Source of the DNA: Gemmatimonadota bacterium | GTDB taxonomy: Bacteria > Gemmatimonadota > Gemmatimonadetes > Gemmatimonadales > GWC2-71-9 | Reading direction: 5' to 3' | Assembly: GCA_036679605.1 (NCBI GenBank) | Contig: JAZDCZ010000386.1 | Coordinates: forward strand, 1-64,000 | Length of the DNA: 64,000 bases | In this document: positions 17,870 through 27,171 of the stretch, piece by piece | Layout of the letters: each line of letters begins with the position of its first letter | Position numbering within the stretch: the stretch's first letter is position 1 | Translations under genes and position numbers: made by a program | Notes under the pieces: model-generated | Told to the model about the DNA's origin: nothing | The model's database searches: none | Seen by the model: only the letters and a program-made list of their open reading frames with translations

Positions 17870-18885
17870 CAATTTTCTCCCGGGCACCACTGCGGATCGA
17901 TTTTGCGGGCGGCTGGTCTGATGTTCCAGATTTTGCCGACAGCGTGGGTGGAACCGTCGTCAACGCGGCGATCAACGTTCATGTGCAGGTGGAATGCATC
18001 CTCGGTGGCAAGACCATCCGGTTGAACGCCCAAGATCTGCGGGAGCACGTGACGATAAAGGCTGCCAGCCAACTAGGCTACGATGGCAGGCTCGACCTGC
18101 ACACGGCAGCACTGAGGATGCTTCCGGTAACGGGAGGCATCGAGATCATTACGCAATCTGATGCACCTCCAGGTTCCGGACTCGGTGGGTCCGGAGCACT
18201 GGATGTCGCGCTTCTGGCAGGTCTGGCTCGATGTCGCCAGGAATCATATGAACCGACGGAGATCGCGGAGTTAGGCTTTCTCTTGGAGACGGGTGAGTTG
18301 GGTCTGCTTGGCGGGCGACAAGATCAATATGCAGCGGCCCTCGGTGGGTTCCACAGGTTCGATTTTCACAACGGAGAGGTATCTGCCCGGCGTCTGAGCG
18401 TTTCGGACCACGCAATGCACGATCTAGAGAATCACGTCGTCCTGGTGTACACCGGCCAGAGTCACTTCTCGTCAGAGACCCATGCGCGGGTTTGGCAGCA
18501 GTACCACAACGATGAAGAGCGAGTGGTAACCGCCATCCGGCAAATCCGCGACGTGGCACAACTCGCCGCCGACGTTTTGGAGGCCGGCGATTGGCGCCGT
18601 CTCGCCGAGCTTGCAGATGAGAACTGGCGGTGTCAACAACTGTTGGATGGAACCATTTCCACTGGAGTGACGAAGGCCATAGAAAGAGCGGCGCGGCAGG
18701 CAGGAGTGTGGGGTCTCAAGGCCACGGGTGCGGGAGCCGGAGGGTGCCTGGTGGTGCTCTGCGCTCCGGAACGGCGCGACGCGGTTGCCGAGGCGGTGGA
18801 ATCTGAAGGTGGAAAGGTCCTGTTGTGCGGGTTCACAAATGAAGGCGTGACGGTCTGGGAGGAGGATTCGGGCGACGAGGATTGA
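17866..18885 (+). CDS. GHMP-family sugar kinase (HddA-like)
   Basis: RAPLRIDFAGGWSD, PPGSGLGGSG, GRQDQYAAA and GAGAGG. Confidence 0.9.
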   Translation: MTIFSRAPLRIDFAGGWSDVPDFADSVGGTVVNAAINVHVQVECILGGKTIRLNAQDLREHVTIKAASQLGYDGRLDLHTAALRMLPVTGGIEIITQSDAPPGSGLGGSGALDVALLAGLARCRQESYEPTEIAELGFLLETGELGLLGGRQDQYAAALGGFHRFDFHNGEVSARRLSVSDHAMHDLENHVVLVYTGQSHFSSETHARVWQQYHNDEERVVTAIRQIRDVAQLAADVLEAGDWRRLAELADENWRCQQLLDGTISTGVTKAIERAARQAGVWGLKATGAGAGGCLVVLCAPERRDAVAEAVESEGGKVLLCGFTNEGVTVWEEDSGDED

Positions 18886-18910
18886 AGAGCTGGAGGCAAG
18901 GCGAGCCGAC

Positions 18911-21553
18911 ATGGGTCGTTCGGAAGACCTACAGGCGCTAGCTACGCGTCTTGTGGGCCTCGCCGAGCCCTTGCTTCGAGATTCGTTCTTCTTTCCGATT
19001 GAGAAGGCTCTTCTCTCGCGTGATGGCGGAGTGTGTGCGGATGATGGCGCACGCCTGCTGTTCGATCCGCTGAGTCCACACATACATTGTTGTCCCAACT
19101 GCGGGAAGGCGCACGAGGGAGACCGCCACCACCGTGCTTGGGTGTGGCACTACCATCTCTGGCTGTCCGAGCGCGCGATCCATCTTGCATTACTGGGTTC
19201 TCTCCGTGGTGACGAAGCCCTGTTGCAACGATCGGGCGACATCCTAGATCGTTACGCTTCCGAGTATCGCAACTTTCCCAACAGTGACAACGTCCTGGGG
19301 CCAACGAGACTATTCTTTTCTACCTACTTGGAGTCAACTTGGCTGGTGCAGATCGTCATGGCAGCCTCAATTCTCGACGCGAATGAATCACAGACCAAAA
19401 AGGCCGGACGCTGGAGCAAGCTGAGCGAAGTAATAGAAGAGTCATCTAGTCTTATTGCGTCGTTCAATGAAGGGTGGTCGAACAGACAGGTCTGGAACAA
19501 CACCGCGTTGGTATCAGCGGGAATCTGGCTCAACGATGACGACTTGCTAGAGTCGGGATTGGATGGCCGCTTCGGATTGCTGCCACAGTTGGTGACAGCG
19601 GTGAGTGATGAGGGATTATGGTTTGAGGGTGAGAACTACCACTTCTTCGCTTTGAGGGGGTTCTTGCTGGCTGCTGAGTTGTTGCGTGGAATTGGAGTCG
19701 ATCTCTATGGACAGGACGGGCCGGAGGGACGGTTGCGCGACATGTTTACTGCACCTCTGTTAACCCTACTGCCCGATCTCACGATTCCAGCGCGGGGTGA
19801 TGCGCCGTTTGGAGTCTCCATCGTGCAGCCACGGTTCGCCGAGTTGTGGGAAATCGGTTGGTCCCGTACCTCTGACGAGCGGTTGCAAAGTGTCCTGACC
19901 CAACTCTACTCGGTAGGCGCTCCAGATGGTGAGGATCCGGGCTTGGTCGAGATCGCGGAACAAGAACAAAATCGCGCGCCACAGCGGCTGAGCCGCAGGT
20001 TGCTGGGCTGGAAGGCGCTGCTGTGGTCGAAGCCCGAACACCCGAGGGCTCCAGAAACCGTTTGGCAGAGTGACCAGGTGCTCCTAGGAGCAGCCGGCCT
20101 GGCCGTGTTGCGGTCCAAGCCCGAGCGGTACCTGAGTATGGAATGCGGTGGGCGTCCTGGCGGGCACGGGCATCCTGACCTGCTGCACGTTACGATCTTC
20201 TGGGACGACCCGCTGTTCATGGATTTCGGCACTGCTTCGTACGTCTCACCGTCGCTCCACTGGTACCGGTCGACACTGGCCCACAATTCACCGGGCGTGT
20301 CCGGTATTGGGCAACTGCGGCGAGACGGATCTTGCTCGGCGTTCGACAGCGACGGCGAGTGGTCATGGTGTCGTTGTGTTGCCGAAGACGTGTTCGGCAA
20401 GGGGACGCGAGCGGTACGCATCTTGGTGGCGGGTCCGTCGTGCATAATCGACGTGCTGGAGATAGTGGCCGACGACGACATGACGGTGGATCTCCCAATT
20501 CATCCCTTGGGTGCGACAGGTGGATTGCGACAGGAATCCGGAGCGATCGAAAAATCCATCACGTGGAAGGCGGGCGGATTTGAAATCCATCTGCTGCCCC
20601 GGGTGGGAGAAGAGCTGATCGTCTCTCACGAGCTGGGTCCGCCGGACAATCAATTTGCCGATGGGTCTCCGCTGTCGTTCGTCGTTCGTCGTGCCAAAGG
20701 CTCCGGGACTTGGACGCAGTGCTACGCCCGTGGCCAAGATTGCGTTGAGGAGCTGCGAGAAGCCGCGGGAGAGATGCTGATTGCTTATGCGGATGGTTCG
20801 AAGGATCGACTAGATATCGGCCGACGATCGTGCAGAATCGTCGATAGGCAGGGGAGGGTCCACAAACTTGCAGGAACACGGAAACCGGCAGGAAGGTCGT
20901 CAGCTTCTCCGCCCGCTCGGGAGCGTACTATCCCGTGCCAATTACTAGAGGCCACGCCGTCAGTAGCCGATTGGGAAGACGCATTGCATCCCAGCTCAAT
21001 CATTCCGCTCGGTCAGGAGCACTACCGTAGGTCGGAGAAGGTTTTTGGGGAGGCAGGTCAGTTCGAAGCCCGGTGCGCGGTATTCGCCGTTGGGAGTAGC
21101 ATCGGTTTTGCAGTAACGGTGGCAAAGGGCGAGCTTCTATTCCGTTGCGCCGAAGATCGCGACCCGGCATTGGACAACGAGACACCAGACATAAATTCTG
21201 ATGGGATTCAATGTTACGTTGAGCGCGATTGTTGGTCGGGATATCTGATAGTCCCGGAACTACGTTCAAACAGTACCCGGATCCGGTCGGTGGCCGGATC
21301 AGATATCAGTACGGCAGCTGTCACATGCAGCTGGTGCCGCACAAGCGACGGCTACCGGATTGTGGCGTTTGTAGATATTGGCAGAGAGTTGCAGCGCGGA
21401 CACCGAGTGCCGGTCAACCTTGTTGTCAACGAGATGTGGAGCGGTCGCGCTCGACGATCGGGTCAGCTAGTTCTCTCAGGAGGCGGTGGGTGGGTGTACC
21501 TGAGGGGAGATCGCGAGGCCCGCTCGAGTGCGGCAATTGCGGAGGTGTTTTGA
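18911..21553 (+). CDS. Heparinase II/III-like polysaccharide lyase protein with an extra C-terminal sugar-binding-like domain; no signal peptide
   Basis: GLWFEGENYHFF, GHGHPD, DFGTASY and WYRSTLAHN. N-terminal CCPNCG. Confidence 0.8.
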   Translation: MGRSEDLQALATRLVGLAEPLLRDSFFFPIEKALLSRDGGVCADDGARLLFDPLSPHIHCCPNCGKAHEGDRHHRAWVWHYHLWLSERAIHLALLGSLRGDEALLQRSGDILDRYASEYRNFPNSDNVLGPTRLFFSTYLESTWLVQIVMAASILDANESQTKKAGRWSKLSEVIEESSSLIASFNEGWSNRQVWNNTALVSAGIWLNDDDLLESGLDGRFGLLPQLVTAVSDEGLWFEGENYHFFALRGFLLAAELLRGIGVDLYGQDGPEGRLRDMFTAPLLTLLPDLTIPARGDAPFGVSIVQPRFAELWEIGWSRTSDERLQSVLTQLYSVGAPDGEDPGLVEIAEQEQNRAPQRLSRRLLGWKALLWSKPEHPRAPETVWQSDQVLLGAAGLAVLRSKPERYLSMECGGRPGGHGHPDLLHVTIFWDDPLFMDFGTASYVSPSLHWYRSTLAHNSPGVSGIGQLRRDGSCSAFDSDGEWSWCRCVAEDVFGKGTRAVRILVAGPSCIIDVLEIVADDDMTVDLPIHPLGATGGLRQESGAIEKSITWKAGGFEIHLLPRVGEELIVSHELGPPDNQFADGSPLSFVVRRAKGSGTWTQCYARGQDCVEELREAAGEMLIAYADGSKDRLDIGRRSCRIVDRQGRVHKLAGTRKPAGRSSASPPARERTIPCQLLEATPSVADWEDALHPSSIIPLGQEHYRRSEKVFGEAGQFEARCAVFAVGSSIGFAVTVAKGELLFRCAEDRDPALDNETPDINSDGIQCYVERDCWSGYLIVPELRSNSTRIRSVAGSDISTAAVTCSWCRTSDGYRIVAFVDIGRELQRGHRVPVNLVVNEMWSGRARRSGQLVLSGGGGWVYLRGDREARSSAAIAEVF

Positions 21554-22275
21554 ATCTTGTAGTCGTTCTCAACAACCCACAGGATATCGTCAATATCGCC
21601 AGCGTCGTTCGAGTGATGAACAATTTTGGGTTGCGCGATCTGAGGCTCGTGTCTCCTGACGAATTCGAACCCCGACGCATATCGGGCATTGCACACGCAA
21701 GTGGTGATCTGATAAAACGCATCGAGATTCTCGACGACCTGGACTCGGCGCTTGCCGATCGCACGTATGTAATGGGAATGACTGCTCGGCAGCGTGCCGC
21801 CAAACGGAACGTGATGGGTCCGCGCGATGCATCTGCCGATCTTCTCGCCGCTGCAGATAGAGGGTCGGCAGCACTGGTTCTTGGCAGAGAGGACAGAGGG
21901 CTCACGAACGACGAGCTAGATCGGTGTCACAAAGTAGTGACGATTCCGACAAGTCCCGACTTCGCCAGCCTCAACATCTCGCAAGCCTTCACTGTGATGG
22001 CGTACGAGTTGTTCGTTGGCCGTGTCCGACAAGTGTTCAAGCAGCCTCGGCACGTCGCGGAACCGGCCACTCAGGAGGAGCTGGAGTTGTTCTTTAGTCG
22101 GGCTGAAGACGCACTGGGCGCCGTCGAATTCTTCAAGACACGGAACACCGCCAGCATAATGCGCACGGTGCGCGAAGTTGCTCATAGGGCGCCGATGGAT
22201 TCTCGCGAGGTGACTCTGTTCAAGGCGATGTGTATCGAGGTAGTCCGGTATCTCGAGCGGGTCGGTGTGCGGTGA
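21550..22275 (+). CDS. trmJ: TrmJ/LasT-family SPOUT RNA methyltransferase
   Basis: NIASVVRVMNNFG, MTAR, LGREDRGLTNDEL and SLNISQA. TTG overlaps the upstream stop. Confidence 0.85.
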   Translation: MNLVVVLNNPQDIVNIASVVRVMNNFGLRDLRLVSPDEFEPRRISGIAHASGDLIKRIEILDDLDSALADRTYVMGMTARQRAAKRNVMGPRDASADLLAAADRGSAALVLGREDRGLTNDELDRCHKVVTIPTSPDFASLNISQAFTVMAYELFVGRVRQVFKQPRHVAEPATQEELELFFSRAEDALGAVEFFKTRNTASIMRTVREVAHRAPMDSREVTLFKAMCIEVVRYLERVGVR

Positions 22276-23423
22276 CGATACCCGGCTTCACGTCCACCGG
22301 TAGCAAGCGTCCCGACCTTTTGTTCGGGACTGCCCAAGCTCAGCCACAGAGAATGGTCCGTGCTCGTGGGTGCCGGGTATGGGATGAAAACGGCAACGAG
22401 TACGTTGACTTCGTGATGGCACTGGGGGCGGTTGGATTGGGCTATGCCCACCCTCACATTACTGAGGCAACCGTTCAAGCGATACGCGATGGTTCCATCG
22501 GGTCACTCGCGCCGGTTCGAGAGCATGAGTTGGCCGAACGCCTGGCCTCGGTGATTGCCGGCGCGGAGGCGTCACGGTTTCTCAAGAGTGGCGCTGAGGC
22601 TGTTGCAGCCGCGGTGCGGATTGCCAGAGTGCATACCGGTCGGGAGCGGGTCGTCACGTGCGGATATCACGGTTGGTTCGATTGGTGTCATGACGCTGAA
22701 GGTGTACCAGAGGGCGTCTCAGCACTTCGGCGCGAGGTGCCGTTTAACGACATAGGAGCGCTGGAGAGAACCCTAGAAGAGTTTGGTCCGGTGGCCGCCT
22801 TGGTCCTTGAGCCCGTGGTCGACGGACCTCCGGACCGGGCTTGGCTCGATGCCGCACGCCGCGAGTGCCGGCGCTTGGGCACGGTGCTCATCTTCGATGA
22901 AATCAAGACTGCGTTTCGGATCGCGCTGGGTGGTGCGGCGGAACGTTATGGCATCGTACCGGACCTCACGGTCGTAGGCAAGGCGCTTGGAAACGGATTT
23001 CCTATTGCCGCGGTATGTGGACAACGAGCATTGATGGATGCGGCTACTCGCACCTGGATCTCGTCGACGTTGGCCACGGAATACGTTGGTCTGGCCGCGG
23101 CGTTGGCAGTTATCGAAGTGTTCGAGCGCGACAATGTGATAGAACATTTGGAACGCGTTGGCCAGAAGTTGATGCTAGGATTTGGAGAATTGGCTGCACG
23201 TCATTCAGATGTGTGCAGCGGTGTAGCTGGGGTTCCCCAAATGTGCTACCTACAGTTCCGGTCACCTGAGAGTTCGGCGGCGGTAGCCCGTGCCGCTGCT
23301 AGAGGAGGCATCTTGTTCAAGCGCACGGCGTACAATTTCGTTTCGCTTGCACACACTGACTCCGAGATTGACCAACTTCTGGAACAATTGGATCTAGCAA
23401 TGATCGAGGCCGGCAAGTGTTGA
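22272..23423 (+). CDS. Class III PLP aminotransferase (GSA-aminomutase-like)
   Basis: WDENGNEYVD, SGAEA, GYHGW, IFDEIKT and GKALGNG. Confidence 0.9.
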   Translation: MTIPGFTSTGSKRPDLLFGTAQAQPQRMVRARGCRVWDENGNEYVDFVMALGAVGLGYAHPHITEATVQAIRDGSIGSLAPVREHELAERLASVIAGAEASRFLKSGAEAVAAAVRIARVHTGRERVVTCGYHGWFDWCHDAEGVPEGVSALRREVPFNDIGALERTLEEFGPVAALVLEPVVDGPPDRAWLDAARRECRRLGTVLIFDEIKTAFRIALGGAAERYGIVPDLTVVGKALGNGFPIAAVCGQRALMDAATRTWISSTLATEYVGLAAALAVIEVFERDNVIEHLERVGQKLMLGFGELAARHSDVCSGVAGVPQMCYLQFRSPESSAAVARAAARGGILFKRTAYNFVSLAHTDSEIDQLLEQLDLAMIEAGKC

Positions 23424-24220
23424 TCGACGTGCACGCGCACTTCTACACGGAGCGATCCGGCCGGCCGGATTGGAAAGATCTAAACCGGGCTCGGCTCGAT
23501 GCAGGTGACCAGATCGGAATAACGGCTCATGTGGCGTCGATTCTAGGAACCTGGGGAGCGCGATCGCCGACATACTTTCCTTCGCACGAAGATGTTATAC
23601 ACGCAAACCAGCGCATGCTCGAACTACAACGGGCGGACGAGCGAATATTTGGGTATTGCGTGGTCAATCCCAACTACAGCGACTTGGCACTTCAAGAAAT
23701 AGAGAGCCGCATCCAAGATGGCATGGTGGGTGTAAAACTCGCTGCCAGTCGCCGTGCCGATGATGCTCTATTGGATCCCATCGCCGACTTGGCTGGAAAA
23801 CTCGGGGTACCGGTGCTGCATCACGTGTGGCAGCACCGCCGACACGATTGGCCCGGGCAAGATGCGTCCGACGCAGTGGAGTTGGTCGCTCTCGCCGCGC
23901 GTCATCCCAACACGCGATTTGTGCTTGCGCACTTGGGCGGCGGTGGGGACTGGTCGCACTCGATCCGGGCGGTGAGGGATGCGAGTAATGTGTGGGTGGA
24001 TTTGTCCGGCAGCGGTGTAGATGTGGACATGCTCGACCTTGTTCTTGCCGAGTTGGGTCCGAAGCGGTTGCTGTGGGGTTGTGATGTCACGATGGACACG
24101 GGATGGGGAAAACTCCGCTATATGGAATCGTTGGGACTCGCAATGACAGATCTCAATCTGATAAAGTACGGCAACGCACGCGGCATCTTTCCGGAGGGGG
24201 TATTCAGTGACGGTAACTGA
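23417..24220 (+). CDS. Amidohydrolase_2-family metallohydrolase
   Basis: DVHAH, VLHH, AHLGGG and WGCD metal ligands. Confidence 0.88.
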   Translation: MLIDVHAHFYTERSGRPDWKDLNRARLDAGDQIGITAHVASILGTWGARSPTYFPSHEDVIHANQRMLELQRADERIFGYCVVNPNYSDLALQEIESRIQDGMVGVKLAASRRADDALLDPIADLAGKLGVPVLHHVWQHRRHDWPGQDASDAVELVALAARHPNTRFVLAHLGGGGDWSHSIRAVRDASNVWVDLSGSGVDVDMLDLVLAELGPKRLLWGCDVTMDTGWGKLRYMESLGLAMTDLNLIKYGNARGIFPEGVFSDGN

Positions 24221-24983
24221 TGTAGCCGCGTTCGTCGGCGATTATCCCTATCGAAGAATCTCAAATGCCACAGCGGGCTGGTTACTCAGCCAAATGGACC
24301 GTTTGAGCATCGAGTGGGCGTGGGTGGGCCATCTTTCTTCATTCCTTTATAAGGACCCGTTGCCCGGCAACGTGGCACTCGAGCGGATCGTTGATCGTCA
24401 CAGCGATCGTTTTGTCCCGGTACCGGTCGTACATCCAGGTCTGCCCCAGTGGGAGGACGATCTCAATAGAGCTGTGAGCCTCGGAGCACCCGCAGTGCGA
24501 GTCTACCCGATGCACCTGGGGCTGGACCCCGCGGGTGGGGCCATGAGAGTTCTTGCGGCCGCGGCCGGAGCTGCGGCGCTACCGCTCTTGCTCACCGTTA
24601 GGTTCGAGGACTTGAGACAGCGCCATCCATTGGACGTTGCCGGAGACCTCCCAGCCGCCGCGGTCCGGACGCTGGTCCGCAGCGATCCCGACGTAAAAAT
24701 CATTGTCACGCATGCGGACCGTGGGTTCGTGGAGGAGGTGCATTTTGGACTCACTCCCGAGGAGTCGGTGCGCTTGCTCTGGGAAATCTCATGGATTTGG
24801 GGACCACCGGAAAACCACCTGGCGCAGCTGTTCGAAACGGTCGGCATTGAGCAATTCACGTTCGGTACGGGCATGCCGCTTCGCGCACCCGATTCGACGA
24901 TGGCGAAAGTCGATCTGCTGAATCTCACAAATGGCGAACGCGCACAAATCATGAGTGAGAATCTCGAACAGTGGACGGGATGA
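24207..24983 (+). CDS. Amidohydrolase-fold protein with degenerate metal ligands
   Basis: Same barrel pattern, but DVAAF replaces DxHxH and FGTG replaces FGSD. Confidence 0.75.
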   Translation: MTVTDVAAFVGDYPYRRISNATAGWLLSQMDRLSIEWAWVGHLSSFLYKDPLPGNVALERIVDRHSDRFVPVPVVHPGLPQWEDDLNRAVSLGAPAVRVYPMHLGLDPAGGAMRVLAAAAGAAALPLLLTVRFEDLRQRHPLDVAGDLPAAAVRTLVRSDPDVKIIVTHADRGFVEEVHFGLTPEESVRLLWEISWIWGPPENHLAQLFETVGIEQFTFGTGMPLRAPDSTMAKVDLLNLTNGERAQIMSENLEQWTG

Positions 24984-25954
24984 CGGTGGACGCTTTGGCC
25001 GACAGCCTCAGACATGCCGTCATACCCGCCGTTCCAGTCCCGTTTAATTCAGATCTGAAAATCGACGTAATCAATCTCCTGTCTTACGCAACGTGGATGG
25101 CCGCACAGAAAATTGGTGCTGTAGCCGTCTGGGCGCATACAGGAAGAGGGCTGTTGTTGGACGAAGACCAGCGCTTGCAGGTATTGGAAGTGTGGCATCG
25201 GTCGATCGGCGATGTACCGATCGTATGCGGAGTTGGTGTGCCGCACTCTGAAAAACTACCTGACGATGCCAGTGCCCGTACGAAGCGAGTAATCGATCTG
25301 TCGGTGGCGATGGCCGAGCAGGCACATGTGGGCGGGGCGAAGGCTGTTCTAGCATATCCGCCCACTGCTCTCCGTGACTTACCCGATTGCGGTCGCCGGG
25401 TGGTTGACTTGCATCGAGCGATCTGTGAAGTCGGTCTGCCTGTCATAGCGTTTCATTTGTACGGCGAGGCAGGTGGCGTCGCCTACTCACCAGATAGCAT
25501 AGAGGAGATCTTGGATTTGCGTCGAGTGATTGGGATCAAGCTGGCCACGCTCGATAGTGTGCTGACGTTCCAAGACATCTCGTCCGTCGTTTCTACACGT
25601 TTGGACGCCCTTCTAATCACGGGCGAAGACCGGTTCCTCGGTTATTCGCTCACGCTTGGCGCCGACGCAGCTTTGATCGGAATGGCAGCGGCGTGCACCG
25701 ATAAATGTGTGGCGTTGCTCGATGCGTGGAACTGTGGGGACCTCCCAGCGTTTATCTCGCTGACAGCAGCGCTCGACGAGTTTTCGCGTGCCACCTTTGT
25801 AGCACCGATGGACGGATACGTACAGCGCATGTTATGGGCGTTGGAGGCCGACGGCGTGATCGTGAGTGAGGCGGTCGATCCTTTCGGTCCCACTCTGACC
25901 GCGGCAGACCGAGATCGAGTCAGGTCGGCCGTGCGTGTGCTGCGTTCCAAATGA
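24980..25954 (+). CDS. Dihydrodipicolinate synthase/N-acetylneuraminate lyase-family protein
   Basis: IPAVPVPF, AHTGRG in place of GxTGE, YPP, Schiff-base GIK and LITGED. Confidence 0.85.
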   Translation: MTVDALADSLRHAVIPAVPVPFNSDLKIDVINLLSYATWMAAQKIGAVAVWAHTGRGLLLDEDQRLQVLEVWHRSIGDVPIVCGVGVPHSEKLPDDASARTKRVIDLSVAMAEQAHVGGAKAVLAYPPTALRDLPDCGRRVVDLHRAICEVGLPVIAFHLYGEAGGVAYSPDSIEEILDLRRVIGIKLATLDSVLTFQDISSVVSTRLDALLITGEDRFLGYSLTLGADAALIGMAAACTDKCVALLDAWNCGDLPAFISLTAALDEFSRATFVAPMDGYVQRMLWALEADGVIVSEAVDPFGPTLTAADRDRVRSAVRVLRSK

Positions 25955-27171
25955 TCGTCCTGCCTGAGACACCGACTGTCTCGGAGGAGTGGCGCAAACG
26001 ACTGATCGATCTAGTTGAGAAAACGCAGGGTAATCCACCGCGGGACCTCGCCGCCGTTGTACGTGACGAACTGAACGTCGATCTGAGTGCACGGTACGGC
26101 GGTGTAGCCATTCCCCATCCGTTCGGCAAGGCCTCCGGCCAACTATCACACAAACTTCCTCAGGTTGAGAGCGATGTGGAAGCCGGTGTTGCGTTCATCG
26201 TTCTCAAGACCGTGATAGCAGAGGACGCTGACTCGGTACGGTCGATGGATGCTTGGGCGACGGAAGAGACGCGGATGCAAGTGGAGAGCCGGCGATCAAC
26301 TAACGGCAAGAAGGGCTGGACAGTGACGTGGAAGGGACGCGGTTGGCCGGGGTCGCTCGACGAGTACTTGAAATTCTTCGGCGACGCACAAGCCATTGCG
26401 AACGAGGCTAGCGTGCCGGTGATACCGTCGGTCAAGTATCACCTCCCTCCGGGTGACGAGCCCTTTAACATGGATGAGTATTCCTACACGACGAGGAAAC
26501 TGCTCGACGTGTGGGATCGTGTAGGGTGTGGTGGTCAGATGCTGTTGGAAAAGGACTTCAGTCCGACGCTGGCAGGCGACGAGCTAGCGGACTCGAGGGA
26601 GTCCATTCTGCGCTGGCTCGAGGAGGTTCCACGGTTGATCGATGGCGTGGCGCCGGGGCGCGTGCGCCTAGGCGTAAAGCTCATGAACACCCTGTTCGAT
26701 GACGAATTTCAGGTAGAGATGATGAGAGCGCTCGTTGAACTCGAAGGGCCAAAGCCGGCCTTCTTGATCGTGTTCAATCGCCTGTTCGATGTGACGCAAG
26801 GTGTGGCGTACGGCGGTTGGGATCTCAGCCAACGCAACCTACGTGTTCTGGACAGTGCACGCGCAGTCTTGAGAAAGTTGCCGCCGCTATCGGCGACGGG
26901 GAACATCTGTTCCGGACGCGTAATGGTAGAGTATGCGCTGCGCGGCTGTGAGAACGGACAAATCCATACCTTCTTTCAGTTGCCGCTGTCCCAATACATC
27001 GCCACCGCCGGGAGTCGGTCGGCCCGGGCTATCCATACTCTGATACTTCATCCGCACACTGGCCTAGCCGTGTGGCTGCGTCATCTGAGTGAGGCGGGCG
27101 TGTTCGATCAACACGACGATGCTGTACGGTTTCTCGACTTGGTTAAGCTGGCAAAGAGTAGCGCCATATGA
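25951..27171 (+). CDS. Dihydroorotate/dihydropyrimidine dehydrogenase-like FMN barrel protein
   Basis: HPFGKASG, IVLKTV, GVKL and SATGNI...GQ motifs. Confidence 0.6.
   Translation: MIVLPETPTVSEEWRKRLIDLVEKTQGNPPRDLAAVVRDELNVDLSARYGGVAIPHPFGKASGQLSHKLPQVESDVEAGVAFIVLKTVIAEDADSVRSMDAWATEETRMQVESRRSTNGKKGWTVTWKGRGWPGSLDEYLKFFGDAQAIANEASVPVIPSVKYHLPPGDEPFNMDEYSYTTRKLLDVWDRVGCGGQMLLEKDFSPTLAGDELADSRESILRWLEEVPRLIDGVAPGRVRLGVKLMNTLFDDEFQVEMMRALVELEGPKPAFLIVFNRLFDVTQGVAYGGWDLSQRNLRVLDSARAVLRKLPPLSATGNICSGRVMVEYALRGCENGQIHTFFQLPLSQYIATAGSRSARAIHTLILHPHTGLAVWLRHLSEAGVFDQHDDAVRFLDLVKLAKSSAI

Noticed and set aside
22272..23423. hemL
   Set aside because: Shorter and divergent, with no tetrapyrrole genes nearby; only the class III aminotransferase fold is supported.
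24980..25954. dapA
   Set aside because: The GTTGE motif is replaced and there is no lysine-pathway context.
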